Part shown: positions 60,715 to 64,000 of the stretch, piece after piece
How the letters are laid out: the number at the start of each line of letters is the position of its first letter
How positions within the stretch are numbered: the stretch's first letter is position 1
DNA from: an uncultured Chloroflexia bacterium
Lineage (GTDB): Bacteria > Chloroflexota > Chloroflexia > QHBQ01 > JADMIH01
Assembly: GCA_963797095.1 (NCBI GenBank)
Contig: CAWCNY010000005.1
Span: forward strand, 160,001-224,000
DNA: 64,000 nucleotides
Direction: 5' to 3'
Made by a program: the position numbers and the translations under genes
The notes under the pieces: generated by a model
What the model was told of the DNA's origin: nothing
Database searches by the model: none
Seen by the model: the letters and a program-made list of their open reading frames with translations, nothing else

Positions 60715-61083
60715 ATGGACGAAATTGCACTCACAGGGCTGACCTTCTTCGGCACACACGGCGCTAACCCTGAAGAGACATCCCTGGGCCAACGCTTCGG
60801 AGTGGACATTTCGGTCTGGCTGGATCTCTCCGAAGCGGCCTCGTCAGACACGTTGGCCGATACTGTTAGCTACTCCGCTATCTTCAAGATCGCCCGCAAG
60901 GAGGTGGAGGGCAGCCCAAGCCAATTGCTGGAACATCTCGCGGGCAGGCTCCTCACCGCCATACTGGCCCACGACCGCCGCATCAAGAAAGCTCGCGTAA
61001 AAGTATCGAAACTGAATCCTCCCCTCAAAGGAAGCGCCACAGGTCACGTTTCGGTCATAATGGAACTTTTGCAGAAAAATTAG
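60715..61083 (+). CDS. folB: Dihydroneopterin aldolase
   Basis: FFGTHG...E..LGQRF, DTVSY, LLEHLA, VSKLNPP. Confidence 0.93.
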   Translation: MDEIALTGLTFFGTHGANPEETSLGQRFGVDISVWLDLSEAASSDTLADTVSYSAIFKIARKEVEGSPSQLLEHLAGRLLTAILAHDRRIKKARVKVSKLNPPLKGSATGHVSVIMELLQKN

Positions 61084-61086
61084 CTG

Positions 61087-61539
61087 ATGGATTCTACGCT
61101 TCAGATTAGGGCCCTATACTCTCCATCAGGCAAATCCGCCACGTTTGTTACGCCGGAAAGGGTTCCGCCACCCCACAACTCAGCCAAAGACATACTCATT
61201 GTCGAGGATGAGCAGGCGCTCTGCGACCTGCTGGCCGACATCCTGGAAGGCGAGGGGTATGTCGCTCGCAAAGCTGCCAATGGCCTCGAAGCCCTGCAAT
61301 TGATCGCGGAGCGAAGGCCCAACCTTATCTTTTTGGACATGATGATGCCGGTGATGGATGGCTGGCAATTCCTCAACGAGTTGCACGCCAACCCTATGTG
61401 GACAGCTATTCCCGTGGTGCTGATGACTGCTGTTTACGACATGGCTTCTCTTGAGCACAAAACAGGCGCGCGGGCCATACTCTCCAAGCCTTTCGACATA
61501 GAGCTTATCATTGAGTCGGTCAGGTTCTTTGCGGATTGA
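61087..61539 (+). CDS. Single-domain response regulator
   Basis: ILIVEDE, FLDMMMPVMDG, MTA, KPF. Confidence 0.92.
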   Translation: MDSTLQIRALYSPSGKSATFVTPERVPPPHNSAKDILIVEDEQALCDLLADILEGEGYVARKAANGLEALQLIAERRPNLIFLDMMMPVMDGWQFLNELHANPMWTAIPVVLMTAVYDMASLEHKTGARAILSKPFDIELIIESVRFFAD

Positions 61540-61669
61540 GTTGCTTGAGGCCGCTGCCCGGTCCCGTCCGGTCCGTGTGCGCCTGTATCCTTTGTCGTGT
61601 ATAATTGACTAAAGCGCGCCCGGCACACTGAGGCGCGCGCTGTTTGTACGGAAAGGGTACTCGGACTTA

Positions 61670-62926
61670 ATGTCCTCCGGAAAATCACGCCGACGCGCGG
61701 GAGGCAACCGCAAGGCTCGGCAACCTGCTTCCCAGCAATCCACACAACCAGGAACCTCGCCAACCATGCCCGCAGGCACAGGCGCGCCCGGAGCGCGCTC
61801 GCCGCTTGTGCTATGGGGCACAACCATACTTATCGTGCTGGCGATTGCGTTCGTAGCCTTTCTCTTCGTCGCGCAGATAGTCCTGCGGCCACAGGACCCC
61901 ACCCCCACACCCACCGCCGGTTCAAACACAAACCAAACTTCCGGCGCGTCAACTTCTGCGAGCCGCATTGCCTTCGTGCGCGTACCTGCTGATGGCGGCC
62001 CGCGCAATCTGTACGTGGTGAACGCCGACGGCACCAACCAGCAGCAGGTAACCGAAGGCTACGACATCAACGGCACGCCAGCCTGGTCGCCCGACGGCAA
62101 AAGCATCCTTATCCAGACCGACATCGACAAAGTAACCACCATAGTTCGTCTGACAATTGGCCCCGACAATAAGATGGCCGACTCGGCCCAACTTACGGCA
62201 GACATAAAGGCCGATAGCGTGCTTGCCACGTGGTCACCTGATGGCAGCATGATCGCCTTCCAATCGAAGCAGGATGGCCCCCTTTCTCAGATATACGTCA
62301 TGAATACCGACGGCAGCAACAAGCGCCGCGTGTCCGACGGCAACGGCTTCGCCGGGCAACCGGCCTGGTCTCCCGACAGCAAGATGGTCACTTACGTCTC
62401 GGGCGCAGAGCAGGTTGCCGGGGCCGAGCGCGAGGTCTACATCGCTCCTGTAGATGGTGGAACGCCAACTCAGGTCTCAAGCATCGGCGGGAGTCTCACC
62501 AACCCTATCTGGTCGCCCGACGGCAAGACAATCGCGTGCTTACAGGTACTTGGCGACCGTGATTACAAGCTTCTCTTGATGAACACCGACGGCGCTAACC
62601 TGCGCACCCTCGATGAAGGCCTGGTTATACGCGCGCCGAGCTTTTCGCCGGCTGGCGATGCCATAGTTTACTATACGGTCAGCGACGTGAACAACAACAT
62701 CAACATCTACGACCTGACCACCGACCGCAACCTGAGCGTAACCAAGAGCCAGGGTGATAATTACAATCCTGTCTGGTCGCCTGACGGCAGCATGATCGCA
62801 TGGGCAAGCACGCCTGGCAATTCACCTCACAAGATCGCGATTGCAAACCGAGATGGGACCAACCGCCAGACGGTATCGAGCGGCGATGGCGACGATTCCC
62901 AGGTAGCGTGGGGCGTTGTGAAGTAG
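61670..62926 (+). CDS. Membrane-anchored TolB/PD40 beta-propeller protein
   Basis: TM helix; six (W/F)SP(D/A)G-type repeats. Confidence 0.92.
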   Translation: MSSGKSRRRAGGNRKARQPASQQSTQPGTSPTMPAGTGAPGARSPLVLWGTTILIVLAIAFVAFLFVAQIVLRPQDPTPTPTAGSNTNQTSGASTSASRIAFVRVPADGGPRNLYVVNADGTNQQQVTEGYDINGTPAWSPDGKSILIQTDIDKVTTIVRLTIGPDNKMADSAQLTADIKADSVLATWSPDGSMIAFQSKQDGPLSQIYVMNTDGSNKRRVSDGNGFAGQPAWSPDSKMVTYVSGAEQVAGAEREVYIAPVDGGTPTQVSSIGGSLTNPIWSPDGKTIACLQVLGDRDYKLLLMNTDGANLRTLDEGLVIRAPSFSPAGDAIVYYTVSDVNNNINIYDLTTDRNLSVTKSQGDNYNPVWSPDGSMIAWASTPGNSPHKIAIANRDGTNRQTVSSGDGDDSQVAWGVVK

Positions 62927-62954
62927 GGTCTTCCACATTACCAACGAGACAAGA

Positions 62955-64000
62955 ATGCACAAACCCGGAGCACTCTACACAATATATCTGGCTCTACTTG
63001 CGCTTATCATCCTGGTCGCGCTTGCAGCCTGCGACGCGGCGGGCATCCCCCAATCTGGCACGCCGGAAACCGCTTCAACCTCGACCCCTAAAACGGTTGC
63101 CATCGCAGAGCCAACATCTACGGAGAGTCGCCCGGCACCTGAGCCGACCAACACTTCTGTCGTCGGAGGCTCGTCCCAACACCAGCCTACCGCGACGAGC
63201 CCCCGCGCCACCTTTACAGCAGTTGAGCCTACAGAGGAACCAACCGCCGAGCCTGCTACCCCGATCTTCAGCGGCGACGAGGCGACACCCACCATCCTAC
63301 CCGAAGATGAGCGCGTCAGCCTGTTCCAGCAGGTGTGGGACACCGTTAGCGAACACTACCTTTATCGCGACTTTAACGGACTCGATTGGAACGCGGTGCA
63401 CGACAAGTACGAGCCTATTGTCCGCAACGCCAAAACTTCTACGGAGTTCTACAAGGCCATCAGCGACATGGTCGATGAGTTGAACGATGATCACTCGCGC
63501 TTCCTGTCACCTGAGGAAAGGCAGGAGGAAGACGACCTTCAGAGCGGCAACGCCAACTATGTGGGGGTAGGCATCGTTTCGGCACCGGCCGATAAGTCGG
63601 TGATGGTGGTCTTCGTCTTTCCGGGAAGCCCGGCAGGCAAGGCCGGCATAATACGACGCGACCGCATCATGGCAGTGGATGGTAGGCCGATTGAGGACCC
63701 GCAAAACATAGCGGACATGATCAGGGGTGAGGAGGGCACGACTGTCAACCTCACGATCCGCTCGCCTGGACAGGACGAGCGAGTGGTACCTGTCGTGCGC
63801 GGCAGAATCACCGGAGCAATTGTACCCTCAAGCTCGCGCCTGGAACGAGACCCATCAATCGGCTACCTGATCATCCCCGACCTGTGGACCGACGACATGG
63901 GCGACCGGGTCGAGAACGAGCTTGACAGCCTCCTCACAGGAAGCCCTGACCTCAAGGGGCTGGTGGTGGATCTGCGCGGTAACGGTGGCGGCTTCCGCAG
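62955..64000 (+). CDS. S41-family peptidase lipoprotein (partial)
   Basis: Hand translation: MHKPGALY...lipobox LAAC, Pro/Thr linker, VWDTVSEHY...NGLDW...LNDDHSRF, PDZ (GVGI...GSPAGKAGI...DRIMAVDG), DLRGNGGG. Confidence 0.92.
   Translation, partial: MHKPGALYTIYLALLALIILVALAACDAAGIPQSGTPETASTSTPKTVAIAEPTSTESRPAPEPTNTSVVGGSSQHQPTATSPRATFTAVEPTEEPTAEPATPIFSGDEATPTILPEDERVSLFQQVWDTVSEHYLYRDFNGLDWNAVHDKYEPIVRNAKTSTEFYKAISDMVDELNDDHSRFLSPEERQEEDDLQSGNANYVGVGIVSAPADKSVMVVFVFPGSPAGKAGIIRRDRIMAVDGRPIEDPQNIADMIRGEEGTTVNLTIRSPGQDERVVPVVRGRITGAIVPSSSRLERDPSIGYLIIPDLWTDDMGDRVENELDSLLTGSPDLKGLVVDLRGNGGGFR

Overview
Bacterial chromosomal window, probably Chloroflexota (inferred from the SLH-domain proteins and GGxxxFGYPxxE/QYFERAxFE surface repeats; not verified). 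Bases 1504-26901 are one four-level nested insertion just upstream of the ftsH promoter. A single-ORF IS66-family element (8-bp TSD) is split by a 23.6-kb Tn3-family transposon (33-bp perfect IRs, 5-bp TSD, tnpR/res/tnpA). An amidase gene in the Tn3 cargo is split by a passenger-carrying IS21-family element (6-bp TSD), and one of its passenger genes is split by an ISAzo13-family IS (3-bp TSD). Each interrupted gene rejoins in frame when the inner element is removed. The Tn3 cargo is almost all cell-envelope genes, including two parallel modules of a membrane-anchored TolB/PD40 beta-propeller followed by an SLH-anchored peptidoglycan hydrolase (Amidase_3 in one, M23 in the other). Both hydrolase genes appear damaged while both propeller genes are intact; this is my best candidate for an undescribed system. 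Other anomalies are a Zn-ribbon/AT-hook gene behind istAB, a perfect 50-bp palindrome, in-frame microsatellites in transposases, a ~530-nt structured leader and an sRNA candidate upstream of thyX. The rest is ordinary chromosome: paralogous SLH proteins, selA, thyX-queG-tgt, an ABC exporter, acyl-CoA carboxylase beta, Mrp, a surface-glycan cluster, folE-folP-folK, an MrfA/YprA-type helicase, folB and a TolB-like/S41 protease pair. No CRISPR array, rRNA or tRNA was recognised. All family calls are from motif recognition by eye, without database searches.
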